Notes: generated by a model not told the origin, from the sequence alone. A DNA stretch of 64,000 nucleotides from an uncultured Bacteriovoracaceae bacterium (GCA_963747475.1 CAVVFE010000007.1:23963-87962); one strand, 5' to 3'. Positions 41,228 to 52,617 are shown, numbered from the stretch's first letter. Made by a program: numbers and translations.

Positions 41228-43307
41228 TTAAAAGCCAAAGCCCCATCCAGCGCTCAAGCATAGTCCCATATTGCTTGGGCTATAAGGAGCATAACCATAG
41301 TTCATTCCATAGCCGCCTTGTCCATAGCCTTGATAGCCATTAGACCAAAGGTTTCGGGCCGAGTTTTGATAGGCCCCCTGCAGGCCTGCTTGCTGCAAGT
41401 AAGAGTCTTGCATATAGGCCTGGTTGTTTTGCGCATAACTTTGCTGGATATTGCCCCAGCTAGCTCCGCCGCCAGCGCCCCAGCCGCCAGATCCGTTCCA
41501 GTATGATCCTGCGCCATTGCCCCATGGACTCATGCCCATGCCGCCTGCGCCGCCGCCATAAGGGTTGCCGTACATACCGCCGTTCATTCCAATTCCTATT
41601 CCGCCGCCAAAACCGCCAGCTGGTCCAGGATACATTCCCATACCGCCTGGCATAGTTCCGCCCATTGCCCATGCCGCCGCCTGGGCAAGGAGCTTGAATA
41701 CACATTATTCCTCCATTGCCCATGCCGCCCATGCCTGGGTACATGCCGCCCATGCCTGGGCCATTTCCTGGCATCATAGTGCCAAGACCTAAATTGATTC
41801 CAAGACCAGGGTTCATGCCGCCCATGCCAGGGTACATTCCGCCCATGCCGCCCATTCCAGGGTACATGCTCCCGCCCATGCCGCCCATTCCAGGGTACAT
41901 GCCGCCCATGCCGCCCATACCGCCGCCCATGCCAGGGTACATTCCGCCCATGCCGCCCATACCAGGGTACATGCCGCCCATACCGCCGACACCAATACAT
42001 TCCGCCCATGCCGCCAACTCCGCCGTATGGATTATACATGCCGTAAGGACCGGCCATGCCGCCCATAAAGCCTGGGGTATAACCAGCCCCTAGCCATGGA
42101 TTGCCGAAGCCTCCCATGCCGTTGCCCATAAAGCCCATGCCGCCTGCGAAGCCGCCCAGCTGATAGCCATTACAGCCAGGGGTGTTCATATTGCCCCCAA
42201 ACTCGCGGTCTGGAAGCCCGTTGCCAGAGACGTAGTTTCTCTGAGCCTGCACATCATTATAGTATGATTGAATATAATTCGTTTGCATCAATTGACATTG
42301 CTCAAAGCCAGTCGCGGCAGCTCCTGCCCACGCTTGGTTTGCTCCAAGGTAAGCGTCAGCTCCCGCTTTTACTCCAAGATAGCCCATGACTGGTGGAAGA
42401 ACCGATCCGGCGATTTCTGCGATGCCGCTGAGAGTTCCATAAACTCCGCTTCTCTTTCCAGCGCTGGCGCAGTTTCCTGTTGTGCAGTGAAAGCTATCGC
42501 TTGTTTGAGAACGATAATATTTGCGTCGTCTCCAATGCAATCATTCATATGAAACAGTGTAGGCGCAGCTAAAAATAACGCCACCGACATTATAAGTTCT
42601 ATTGCCACTCGGGCCATTTCCGGTATTTACTCCGCCGCGAACAATAACACCACCGCCAACGGGGTTTCCGTGCTTATCAACACCGTATTTGATTCTACAT
42701 TTCTTTTTTACATTGCCCCAAATATTGAAGCAGCTGTCAGGAAGGTTGATTCTACCGCCGCCGCTTATAACAACGCTGCCATTGCCGTTCGCTCCAGTTG
42801 AGCCAGTAGCTGCCTGTTGAACCTGTTGTTCCATCACCTGGTCCAGATGACCGCCACTTGATGCCACCGCATATTGCGCATCTCTAAGAATACATTTTAC
42901 ATCCGTCTTCGCCGCAGATGGCCTTCCAGATGTCAAAGCTAACTTTCCCGGCATTAATCTCATAGCTTCCTCCGGTGGCATCTCAATTATGTCGTCGTCC
43001 GTCTCTGCAGTCGCCGCAATGCTCTTTCCAACCGCCCACGGAAAACAGCGAGTTCACCAGTGAAGGACATGCTTAATGCTGGCTAACAGTCATGTCGACG
43101 GCAACCTTCCAACAGACGTAACATGTTTATCTTAGTGGTCGGTTCCATTTTGCTGGCCTGTCATACTCAACGTTCCACTATCGATAGTCTCCGCCAAGGC
43201 AATTACCCAAGAGATAAGCGTGTTGTAGATGCCGCGAGCTAAGCATTTCCAGCGAAAAGCATGATAGTCAGACCTACTGACACTAATAATTGAATTCCCT
43301 TAACCAT
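41228..43307 (-). CDS. Secreted Gly/Met/Tyr/Pro-rich low-complexity repeat protein (multiple frame breaks)
   Basis: Signal peptide MVKGIQLLVSVGLTIMLFAGNA starts at 43307. Pieces lie in ORFs 42541-42981, 41596-42540 (first half), 41460-42017 ((GGMGGMYPGMG)n) and 41228-41665 (tail ending GWGFGF). Plus-strand ORFs exist only inside the repeat. Confidence 0.5.
41710..42000. repeat. Tandem about 33-bp (11-codon) repeat with CATGCC core
   Basis: Units of the form catgccgcccat(g/a/t)cc(a/t)gggtacat(g/t)ccgcc recur head-to-tail. The minus strand reads GGMGGMYPGMG, and the plus strand reads PMPPMPGYMPP. Confidence 0.85.
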
Positions 43308-43523
43308 AATTACTCACCTATGAGTTAAATTTCATTTCGCTTTTAATAAGCGCCAAAAATCGGCACTCTAAACAAAACGCTTTGATAGGGACAAATTTCC
43401 CTTCAATATCTTGTCGGAAGATTGCCTAAAATACTTAACGGTAATAAGTGTTTGAATTTGTTAGAGAATGATGAGTAATTTTGGGAGGTTGTCCCCTAGG
43501 CGCTCCGGCCCAGGGGCCGGTCT

Positions 43524-43988
43524 TTAGCCCATGCTTTGGACTTGATGAGCCTTTGGATTGAACTTTCGAATGCTAGTAACAAGGAACTCGATAAGCTCGT
43601 CATCAGAAGCGTAGACCTCTTCTACTAGATCACATGTAAGAACAAAGTCCTTAACTCTCTGAGCGATATTGTGAAGAGACTCGACCATGTAAAGTCCTCC
43701 GATATTCTCGCCTTGGAAGCTTTTGATGATTTCTTTTCTTGCGTGGTTGAACATTTCAGTCTCAGTGATGTCTTCAGTCACTTCGTCTAGACCAAACTTC
43801 TCTTCCACTTCTTCGATGGCCTGCTCTCTAATGTCCTCATCAGTGGAAAAGCTCACACCCAGCTCTGTCGCGAGAGCGTCGATGACGTCGGCCCTTTTAT
43901 CAGCAGCATACTCAATCAAATCATCTTGCTTTAAGTGATTGATAGTATGAGTCGCCAAGGCAACTAGCGTGTTAAAGTCTGTACGCAT
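43524..43988 (-). CDS. Hypothetical acidic cytoplasmic protein (possibly DUF507-like)
   Basis: Intact 154-aa ORF. The family guess rests on overall composition and length only. Confidence 0.4.
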   Translation of the reverse strand: MRTDFNTLVALATHTINHLKQDDLIEYAADKRADVIDALATELGVSFSTDEDIREQAIEEVEEKFGLDEVTEDITETEMFNHARKEIIKSFQGENIGGLYMVESLHNIAQRVKDFVLTCDLVEEVYASDDELIEFLVTSIRKFNPKAHQVQSMG

Positions 43989-44030
43989 AATACGGTGTCC
44001 TTTTTAGATTAAATTCCCCATCAGTCTACA

Positions 44031-45673
44031 TCATTCAAAAGCGATACTACAAGAATATTTGGGGGTTAATTGGCGAAAACTTAGCTTTTCCCGAATCTTT
44101 GACGCATCTTCGATATAACTTTCAACACAACGCTTCTTTCGCCAAAAGACAAAGAGAAACAATGCGTAAAGAGCAAAAACCAGCGAGAAAGAGACGCCGA
44201 GATAAAGGCATTTTGCGACAAAGTGCAGCTTATAAAATAGCGGGGCGTAAGGCTTTAGGCCCACAAAATTCCCGCAGACGATGAGGGCGGCCAAGGAATA
44301 ATCTTGGCAAGTCTCAAACTTAAAAAGTCATTAAGACCGATGCTTAAGGTCTTTTTTCATAATCCACGTCTGGGCCGAAGAGTTGAGAAGCATGGAAAGC
44401 GTCGTGCCGAAGGCCAGGGTCTCAAAGCCATAAATGGGAGTGAGAGCGACGCAAAAAACAATATTAAAAGCCACAGAAAAGACCGAACAATAAACAGGAA
44501 CCCTTTGGCGGTCGATCGTGTAGAAGGCCGGCACAAAGATCTTATAAATACCATAAAACGGAAGCCCAATCGCGTACCAAACAAGGGCCTTTGAGGTCAT
44601 AAGTGTGGAGAAGGAATCAAACCTTCCTCTTTCAAAAATAAGGTGAACGATTTCCTTTAGAAAAAAGAACAGCGCAAATCATCGCGGGCAAAATCACCAC
44701 CCATGAGGAAAGATAGCTGCTCTTTAAAAGCTCCTTGGCCCTGCTCCTTCTCTCCCTTCCTTCCACGCGTTTGAAAAATGAACCAGATTGGCGTTTCCAA
44801 TGGACACGCTCAAGAATGCCCACCGGCAATTGAAAAAGGCGAAAGGCATAGCTAAGCCAGGAGACGGCTCCCACGACCGTGCCTGTGGCAAGAATAGTGT
44901 TCACAATGAGATTTGCCTGCGTCGCGGCAAAGCCGATAAGTCCAGGGCCCAAAAGCTTAATGACTTTCTTTGTTTTTTTATGAAGCCCGTTTTTCAAACG
45001 GGTTGGAGAAAACGTGATGCTTAATAATAAGCGGCACTTGAATAAATGCCTGAACAAGACCGCCGATAAATACGCCCGCGCCAAGAGCGTAGATGGCGGG
45101 ATACCCCAAGCTCGTCATCACACTTGGAAGCCCAAGCATGCACGCAATCATGGAGACGTTAAAAAAGGCCGGAGCCAAGCGCCGGCACAAAGAAGACTTT
45201 GAGCGAATTCAATGCGCCCATAAACAAGCGCGGCCAAAGAAACAAAAGTCAGAAAGGGCGCCATGATGCGAGTGAGCCCCACAGTGATGGCGAACTTTTC
45301 AGGATCAGATTTAAACTTAGGGGCAAAGACAGAGATGATTTCAGGAGCAAAAAAAATAGTGAGCCCTGAGATGAGTCCCAGTCGCGATGATGAGCACGAT
45401 GAACAAAGACCATAGAAGCCTTCTGGCGCTCTCTTTATCTTCCCCCTTGGCCTCGATAAAGGTCGGCACAAAGGCCGCCGAGAAGGCGCCTTCAGCAAAG
45501 AGATCTCTCAAAAGATTGGGAATTCGAAAGGCGACATAGAAAGCGTCTGTCATCCCGCTTGCGCCGAACATAAAGGCGAGAACTTGTTCCCTTACCAGCC
45601 CCAAAATTCGACTCATAAATGTCGCGGTCGCCATTTTCAGAGATGAAAGAATAACTGCTTTTGAAGTCGCCAA
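44031..45673 (-). CDS. murJ: Lipid II flippase MurJ/MviN (heavily frameshifted)
   Basis: The N-terminus [53 protein letters not shown] is diagnostic. The rest is spread over at least 6 ORF fragments down to 44031. Confidence 0.8.
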
Positions 45674-46168
45674 TGCGATTGCCCTTAGAAAGAATTGCCT
45701 GTCTAGTTTTGTTCAGTTTAAGCCAGGTCGGTCTTAGCTGTAAATGAGATTAACTGTGATATTCATTACTTAAATTGGCCGTAAGGGGCGCGCCTAAAGA
45801 GTAAAATTCTCAAGGGGAAAAAACTTATCATGCGCGGCAGAGGTTCAAAATGGCCTTGAAGGCGTCACAGAGCGTATCTCAACGATTTCTAAGATTTATC
45901 AAATAACGCGCGCCCGCTAAAAGCGCTTTGACACTGGCTTTCTAACATTTGCTCATTTGGGCGCAAGAATTTGTAATCCGAAAATACTCGCGATGCGCTT
46001 CCACAGCTTGATATGCTCATTTCAACGGAAGGCAAGGAAGCCTGAAGCCCGGGTCAAAAATGTTTCCATGGACGGAAGAAAGGCCCGGACAAACACACAC
46101 GCAGGACGCGCATTTAAATTCAGCAACTAAATGAATTACAGCTGAACGAGAGACCAAGGAGGTTTGCA

Positions 46169-46513
46169 ATGTTTTTAGCAGTCGCGGTCGAAACCAACAA
46201 ACACCCTTCCATGAGAAACAACTACAAAGTTTGGTATCTGGAAATTGGACCTAATGGAAAGGTCCGAGGGGTAGGAGTGAAAACGAAAGAAGAAGTCATT
46301 AAGAGCGTTTTCGACAACTATCGCCTCACCGGAAAAACTCATTGGAGATGTTTCCAAAAAGACAGAGAAAGCTCAACGGCGATCGAGATTTATGACTTCA
46401 TCGCCATGAACACAAATGACAATACTCACTTCGGGAACCTGCCCACGTTAAGTGAATTCCAAACGACTTTGGACTCACTCAGGGCCAACCTCGAGCTACG
46501 TTCTATAGCTTGA
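46169..46513 (+). CDS. Hypothetical protein
   Basis: Intact 114-aa ORF with a GGAGG RBS at about 46158. No family recognised. Confidence 0.45.
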   Translation: MFLAVAVETNKHPSMRNNYKVWYLEIGPNGKVRGVGVKTKEEVIKSVFDNYRLTGKTHWRCFQKDRESSTAIEIYDFIAMNTNDNTHFGNLPTLSEFQTTLDSLRANLELRSIA

Positions 46514-46716
46514 AGCCGCCCTCCCACATTTTACCTTTCCATGGATGGATGACCACAAACTAGGCCCGTGAATTCGGGCCTCCCTTTTTTCTAATTCCGT
46601 GATTACTGGTATAGGATTTTTTAATGTCTATCGCGCCATTAAGGGGTTTTATTTCTGGCAAACATAGGCCTATGATGAAGCTGTTTGTCTACACTATTCC
46701 CCTGAAAGGAGATCCT

Positions 46717-47669
46717 ATGTCTAAGCCTTTTATTATTGTTTGTGACGGAATGGACCAGAGCGTATTTGAAGAGCTCAAGTCCAATGACGCCCTTGATGTT
46801 CATCCAGAGCCAAAGCTTTCTCAAGATCAAATCAAGGAGCTTCTTCCCAAGGCGAACGGTCTTGTTATCAGAAGCGCCACAAAGCCTGATAAGGAGTTTA
46901 TAGACCAGGCGCCTAATCTTAAATACATCATCAGAGCGGGCGAAGGCACTGACAATATCGACAAGGCCTATTGCGCTGAAAAAGGAATTAAAGTTTCCAA
47001 CACTCCAGGCGCAAATAATAACTCCGCCGCCGAGCACGCTTTTGCGCTTATCATGTCTGTTCTTCGTCATACGCCCCAGGCCAACTCTTCAATGAAAGAC
47101 GGCAAATGGGAAAAGTCAAAATTCACCGGCAATGAGCTTTGGAAGAAAACAGTCGGCATCATGGGCTTTGGCCGCATCGGCCAAATATTATGCAAAAGAC
47201 TTCAGGGCTTTGAGCCAAATGTTCTTTTCTTTGATCCAGGTGTTGAGAAATCTGAGTTCGATTACGCGAAAAAAGTCGACACACTTGGACGAGCTTATTT
47301 TCTAAATCAGACATTGTTTCAATTCACACGCCTCTTCTTGACGCCACTAAAGGAGTCGTAAACGCTGACCTTCTAAAGAAGATGAAAAAAGACGCCATTC
47401 TTGTGAACGCTGCTAGAGGAAAGATCGTCAACGAATCTGACCTCGCCTCCGCTTTAAAAGAAGGAACAATAAAGGCCGCTGGTTTTGACGTTTTCGCCAA
47501 CGAGCCGCTAGAAGACGGATCAGACCTAAGAGATTGCGACAATCTTGTCATGACTCCTCACCTTGGCGGTAGCACCGAGGAAGCTCAGTTTCGCGTGGGC
47601 GAAATGGCGGCTCATCAAATGGTCGAGTTCTTTAAAAATGACAACCTTCTTAACGAGGTAAAGGCCTAA
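46717..47669 (+). CDS. D-isomer-specific 2-hydroxyacid dehydrogenase (short SerA/PGDH-like), frameshifted near 47280-47380
   Basis: It has an AAAGGAG RBS, an NAD-binding motif GIMGFGRIGQ, and the motifs ..NTPGANNNSAAEHAF.. and ..MTPHLGGSTEEAQ... Confidence 0.75.
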
Positions 47670-47671
47670 TA

Positions 47672-48943
47672 ATGAATTCATTAGCTATTATCGGAGCCCA
47701 ATGGGGCGACGAGGGCAAGGGCAAGATCACCGATCTCCTTGGCCAAAAAGCCGACGTTGTCGTCCGATTCCAGGGCGGCAACAACGCTGGCCACACCATA
47801 ATCTTTGATGACCAAAAAATTGTTCTTCACCAGGCCCCATCCGGAATCCTTCATACAAATTGTGTTTCAGTCATCGCTCATGGAGTCGTCTTTGAGCCCG
47901 AGGCCTTTCTGGAGGAGCTTAAAGAAGTGAAAAAGCATGTTAAGGTCACGCCTGATGGCTTGAAGATCGCCCTAAACGCCACAGTGATCACTTCTTATCA
48001 CAAACTGCTGGACTCAATTCGCGAGGGAAAAGGTTCCACAAAGATCGGCACCACAGGCAAGGGAATTGGGCCCGCTTACGAAGACAAAATTTCTCGCAGA
48101 GGTCTAAAGATCAAAGACCTGCTTGATAAGGAGGTCCTAAAAAGAGCTTGTCAGTCTCCCTAGAAGAAAAAGGCCCCTCTTTTGAGGACTATTATCAAAT
48201 GGAGGCGCCCCAATCTAGAAGAAGAGACGGAAAGGCTTTTTGCTCTTGGCAAAAAGCTTGCGCCCTTTTGTCTGTGATAGCTTTAGCTATCTAGACAAGT
48301 GCAAGGCGCAAAACAAGAAAGTTCTTTTCGAAGGCGCCCAAGGCGTTCTTCTCGACATTGACTATGGCTCCTATCCTTACGTTACAAGCTCTTCAACAGG
48401 CGTCGCAGGCGTTTTCACGGGCGCAGGCAGCTCAGAGGTGCGAAGAGCGACTTGGAATCTGCAAGGCCTACACCACAAGAGTCGGTGAAGGGCCAATGCC
48501 GACAGAAATTAGCGAGCCGATCGGAGACGAGATTCAAAGAATTGGCCACGAATTCGGCGCCACGACCGGCAGAAGAAGACGTTGCGGCTGGCTTGATCTT
48601 CCAGGTCTTAAAGTACGCGGTCAAGGCCAGCGGGCTTACCTCATTGCGCTTACTAAACTTGATGTTTTGAGCGGGCTTGATAAACTAAAAGTCTGCCATG
48701 CTTACGAAGTGGAGGGCAAAGAATATGATTGCGCCTATCCTGGGCTTGATCTCTCCAAGGCCACTCCTATCTACACTAGCCTATCTCCTTTCACAGAGGA
48801 CTTTAAAAAGGACGGCAGACTATAGCAAAGAGCTAAAAGATTATATTGAGCTTATAGAGGAGAAAGTGGGAGTGCCGGTAGGGATTATTGCCTATGGCCC
48901 TGAAAGAAAACAAATCCATTTTAGGAAGGACTATTTTTCCTAA
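47672..48943 (+). CDS. purA: Adenylosuccinate synthetase PurA (frameshifted)
   Basis: Motifs [39 protein letters not shown] and [14 protein letters not shown] are present. The gene is split into at least 4 ORFs. Confidence 0.9.
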
Positions 48944-49038
48944 GACTCTAAGTCTCGCTCCATTCTGACTGCTCATCAAAATGCCAGGCCTGCGCCTGCG
49001 AGTCTTGGAGCTCGTCCTGACAAATAATCATTGACGCT

Positions 49039-49509
49039 TTATCTACTCGGTGAAGAGAGTCGAAGGGCGCAGAATAATAATAGATTTTTATCAAGAACTG
49101 TGGGAATAGTTTTTTTAGGGTCCTCATAACAGTAATAACCCGCCTTTAACCTCAGAAGGTCCGGAGCAAACTCTCGTTGCTCAGAAAAATACTTTCTTAA
49201 AATAAGAAAGGTGTTTGTCGACACATTTAAAGGGCTTAAGAGCTCAATTTTAGAGATAATTTTTTCAAAGTGGCTCTGGCTAGTTATTTCATAAAAAAGA
49301 GAATTAAAAACGTCAAAGCGCTCTTCTCCTAGTCTTGAGTGCAAGGCCTTCGCCACCTTTTCCGCAATCGCCTCGGCCACGATCGCCTCAAGGGCGGAGT
49401 CGGAAAGAAAAATGTGCCCCCCAACCGAAAGGACCTCTTTATTCGAATTTCTATAAAGCGCGCATTCCAAAAGCGGAGAGCTGGAAAAGCAAACATCTTC
49501 AAGGCTCAA
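49039..49509 (-). CDS. Hypothetical protein (probable N-terminal extension in another frame up to about 49600)
   Basis: ORF of 156 aa. No family recognised. Confidence 0.35.
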   Translation of the reverse strand: MSLEDVCFSSSPLLECALYRNSNKEVLSVGGHIFLSDSALEAIVAEAIAEKVAKALHSRLGEERFDVFNSLFYEITSQSHFEKIISKIELLSPLNVSTNTFLILRKYFSEQREFAPDLLRLKAGYYCYEDPKKTIPTVLDKNLLLFCALRLSSPSR

Positions 49510-49640
49510 AAAACGGTCTTCAGCCGAAAGAGCTCATGGTACAGATGCCCACTGTCGAGTACAGAGTTTAGGGTTCTTCTAACAATGGAAGCGTTTTCGG
49601 TGTTTAGCGTATTCAGACCTTATGCCTGTCTTCACCTTTC

Positions 49641-50061
49641 TTATAATTTTATAAAGTCTCGTTTCGCTGTCCGCTGGAAGACTTCAGAGAGAGACTTGTT
49701 GAGAATTTCATTGCATCCTAGAACTAAATTATCATCGGCGCCAAACTTTCTCAGGTCCTTGCATGCCCTTATATCATGTTTATTTAAAATTCTTCGGTAC
49801 CAAAAAAACCATCCTCCCCTGTCGAAGTTAGTGTCCACGACAAGTGTCCCTCGAGAGCGGCGAAAGTTTCTCTTGATGAAGTCTTTCATGTCAGAGTCGT
49901 CGAGCGCCTCTTTGAATCCCTCACTGAACGCTTTATAAAAGTCTTTATGATAGTCGAAGTCTCTTGTCCACCATCGAGCACAAGGTCTCGGCCTTGCTCA
50001 CGCAAGCTTCCTGACCATGGGCCAGACCAATAAATAGGCAGACAAGAATTAGCAGTTTCAT
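49641..50061 (-). CDS. Hypothetical small secreted protein (one frame break near 49950)
   Basis: Signal peptide MKLLILVCLFIGLAHGQ starts at 50061. After a frame shift it continues ..DFDYHKDFYKAFSEGFKEALDDSDMKDFIKRNF.. (ORF 49641-49889). Confidence 0.4.
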
Positions 50062-50140
50062 AGTTTCCTTAACTTGACTTTAGATAAAGCAAATTAGAGC
50101 GCCGAAACAGGGAATTACTATTTTGGACGCTTAGGAAGTT

Positions 50141-50662
50141 TTAGCTGAACAATAAAAAAACAATGTCCAACTTTTTGACGCTTTTAGAAGCAATTAACTG
50201 CCAATGTCTTTCTTTGGGTCGAAAGCATTCGAAATCGGTGGCGCCTCTTTCAAACACGTAAAGTTTGTCTCCGGAGCGGTTTCTTCTGTAAAGAAAGGCG
50301 CTGCCTCCTTTAAAGACTTTAGAGATGCCAGGATACCTTAAGTCCCCATGCCCTCCATTTGCGTCTGGGCCGATCATGGAGGCGCTAAACATGTAACGAG
50401 AGTTTTTTAGCTCGTCCAAAAAGCCTTGCAAGACGGCCTTTGGCAATTTTTTCAAGGCCTTCATAGCTCTTAAACTTTCCGTTCTATAGGAGAGGTTGGT
50501 GAACATAAAGTAGTTATTTTCTCCGTAGAGCTCTTCTTGAAACTCCTCTCCAAGAACGATAACGGCCTTTTTGGAAGTGAATTGGTTCCCAGTGTCGATA
50601 ACAAGCTCCATTTTGGAATTAATCTCTCTGACCACCTTCTCCACCTTTTCAGCGAGGGACAA
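50141..50662 (-). CDS. Hypothetical protein
   Basis: Intact 173-aa ORF that starts 5 nt after the stop of the upstream gene. No family recognised. Confidence 0.4.
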   Translation of the reverse strand: MSLAEKVEKVVREINSKMELVIDTGNQFTSKKAVIVLGEEFQEELYGENNYFMFTNLSYRTESLRAMKALKKLPKAVLQGFLDELKNSRYMFSASMIGPDANGGHGDLRYPGISKVFKGGSAFLYRRNRSGDKLYVFERGATDFECFRPKERHWQLIASKSVKKLDIVFLLFS

Positions 50663-50666
50663 AAAC

Positions 50667-51263
50667 TCATCGGCGCTTTAAGTCGGAGGCGAGCAGGGCC
50701 TTGAGTGCCGAGAACTCCATGTATTCCATTTCCATTTGAGTCACAAATAGGCCCTTCGCATTTTTCATTTGAGCGAGAATATTATTGCCCTTTTGAGTTA
50801 TGACAGGCACAGGAGCAAACTCTTTGGGAAACTTTCTTGCAAAGGGATACTGGTGAAAGAAGCCACTGTAGACCACATAGTTGTCATTCCCTTCATAACA
50901 TTCGGCAAAGTCTGTTTTATAAGGGCCATTATTCTCATAGACCTTATAAGAGCGCGAAAGCCCTCTTACCAAATCGCCATAGGGCCCTAGAAAATGAGAC
51001 AAAGTCTCAGAGCAAAAAACAATTTTATCAGAGCTATTTTTTGCGAAAGTCTTTAGAAGCTCATAATTGATTTTAGTGGCGGTCCCCGTCTCTATATGGC
51101 TCTCCCCAAGAGAAAGGTAAGTTTTCTTATTTTGGGCGAACTCCGCCACTTCAGTTTTTAGTTCTTCAAAACTAATTGTATGAAAGTCGGTCTTGATTGC
51201 GCCTAAAAAGGACTGAGCGTAAACGATGTTCGCTGCGAGTAAAAGAAATGCCAAATGCTTCAT
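50667..51263 (-). CDS. Hypothetical secreted protein (weak ChaN/TIKI-like GExH resemblance)
   Basis: Signal peptide MKHLAFLLLAANIVYAQ. The motif ..YLSLGESHIETGT.. resembles the GExH motif of ChaN/TIKI-type domains, but this is speculative. Confidence 0.4.
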   Translation of the reverse strand: MKHLAFLLLAANIVYAQSFLGAIKTDFHTISFEELKTEVAEFAQNKKTYLSLGESHIETGTATKINYELLKTFAKNSSDKIVFCSETLSHFLGPYGDLVRGLSRSYKVYENNGPYKTDFAECYEGNDNYVVYSGFFHQYPFARKFPKEFAPVPVITQKGNNILAQMKNAKGLFVTQMEMEYMEFSALKALLASDLKRR

Positions 51264-51338
51264 TAGGGCCCCCTATAGGGTCCTTTTATAGCCCAAGACA
51301 GAGCTGACCGCATCGGCTTTGAAAAAATGTGTGGATTT

Positions 51339-52617
51339 TTAGTTAAGAGGCCTTGCAATAAGCTTATTGCCGCTCATTTCACTGAGGTAAACGTCTGAAA
51401 TTGTGTTACTAAGGTCCTTATCGCTTTTCATCGCCACACGAATATAAGACGAGGTATAGCCCTCAAAAAGGCCGTCTTTCTCCCTCTCAAAAAGGACTTT
51501 GTTTTCGCCGCCGATGAAGGCCTTTGCGAATTGCGCCTTCTTCTCTTCTCCAAGGTGAATAAGAGTTTTAACTCGGTCCTTTTTAACCCCCGCCTGAATT
51601 TGCTCTTCCATTTTCGCAGCAGTGGTGTTCTTTCTTTTTGAATAAGGGAACACATGAAAGTGAGTTATTGGAAGCTCTTTTAAGAGCTTGTATGTCTGCA
51701 TGAACTGATCTTCAGTCTCGCCTGGATAGCCGACGATGACGTCCGCCCCAATTGAGCAATTAGGAAAGTATTCCTGAACCATAGCAATGACGTCCCGATA
51801 AAAGGCGACGTCATACTTTCTTCGCATGGACTTTAAGATGTCATCGCATCCGCTTTGAAGAGGAATATGGAAATGGTCCTGGTATTTGCCGCTAGTTTTT
51901 AAGACCTCTAAGAAGCTCTCGCGTGATGGTGTTAGGCTCCACTGAAGACATCCGAAGCCTCTCAAGTCCTTCGACTTCCACCACCCCTTTCACGAGGTCC
52001 TCAAGTCTCTCGCCTGAGGTGGACTCATATTCGCCGATATTAACGCCGGTGAGAACAATTTCCTTAAAGCCTTCGGAGACCAATTTCTTCGCTTCTTCCA
52101 CCGCCTTATCGACAGTGATTGTTCGCGAGCGCCCTCTAGCAAAAGGGATGATGCAATAAGAGCAAACATAATTGCAGCCGTCTTGGATCTTTAAAAAGGC
52201 CCGGGTATGGGAGTCGGCCTTGGTGGTGGTGGCCCCCCAGAACTCAGTGGTGTTATCAATTTTGACTTGGGTCTCTTCCTCTTCTTGTAGGTAATCAAAG
52301 ACTTTATATTTTTCATTGGTGCCTAAAATAAGATCAACACCTTTCATTTTCTTAATCTTTTCAGCCTCCATTTGCGCATAGCAGCCGGCGACCACGACCT
52401 TGCCTTCAGGACTATGTTTTTGGGCCTTTCGTATAAGATTTCTGCAACTGGAGTCTGCCCCATCGGTCACCGTGCAGGTATTAAGAAAAGTGACATCACT
52501 TTCTTCTCCAAAGGGAACGACCTTATAGCCTTTCTCGACAAAAGTTTGAGCGATCTGGCCTGTCTCAGACATATTAAGACGGCAACCTAATGTGTGAAAT
52601 GAAACCTTTTTTTCCAT
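51339..52617 (-). CDS. mtaB: Radical-SAM methylthiotransferase, MtaB/MiaB-like (frame break near 51900-51960)
   Basis: The UPF0004 N-domain reads VSFHTLGCRLNMSETGQIA...NTCTVT. The radical-SAM motif CNYVCSYCIIP and a TRAM-like C-terminus are also present. Confidence 0.8.

Noticed and set aside
41565-42093. Plus-strand Pro/Met-rich ORFs (PMPPMPGYMPP repeats; 41565-41792, 41716-42093, 41318-41506) inside the 33-bp repeat.
   Set aside because: They are confined to the repeat and arise from its CATG-palindromic core. Only the minus strand has long ORFs in the non-repetitive flanks, a signal peptide and a terminator in the right place. The strand still needs experimental confirmation.
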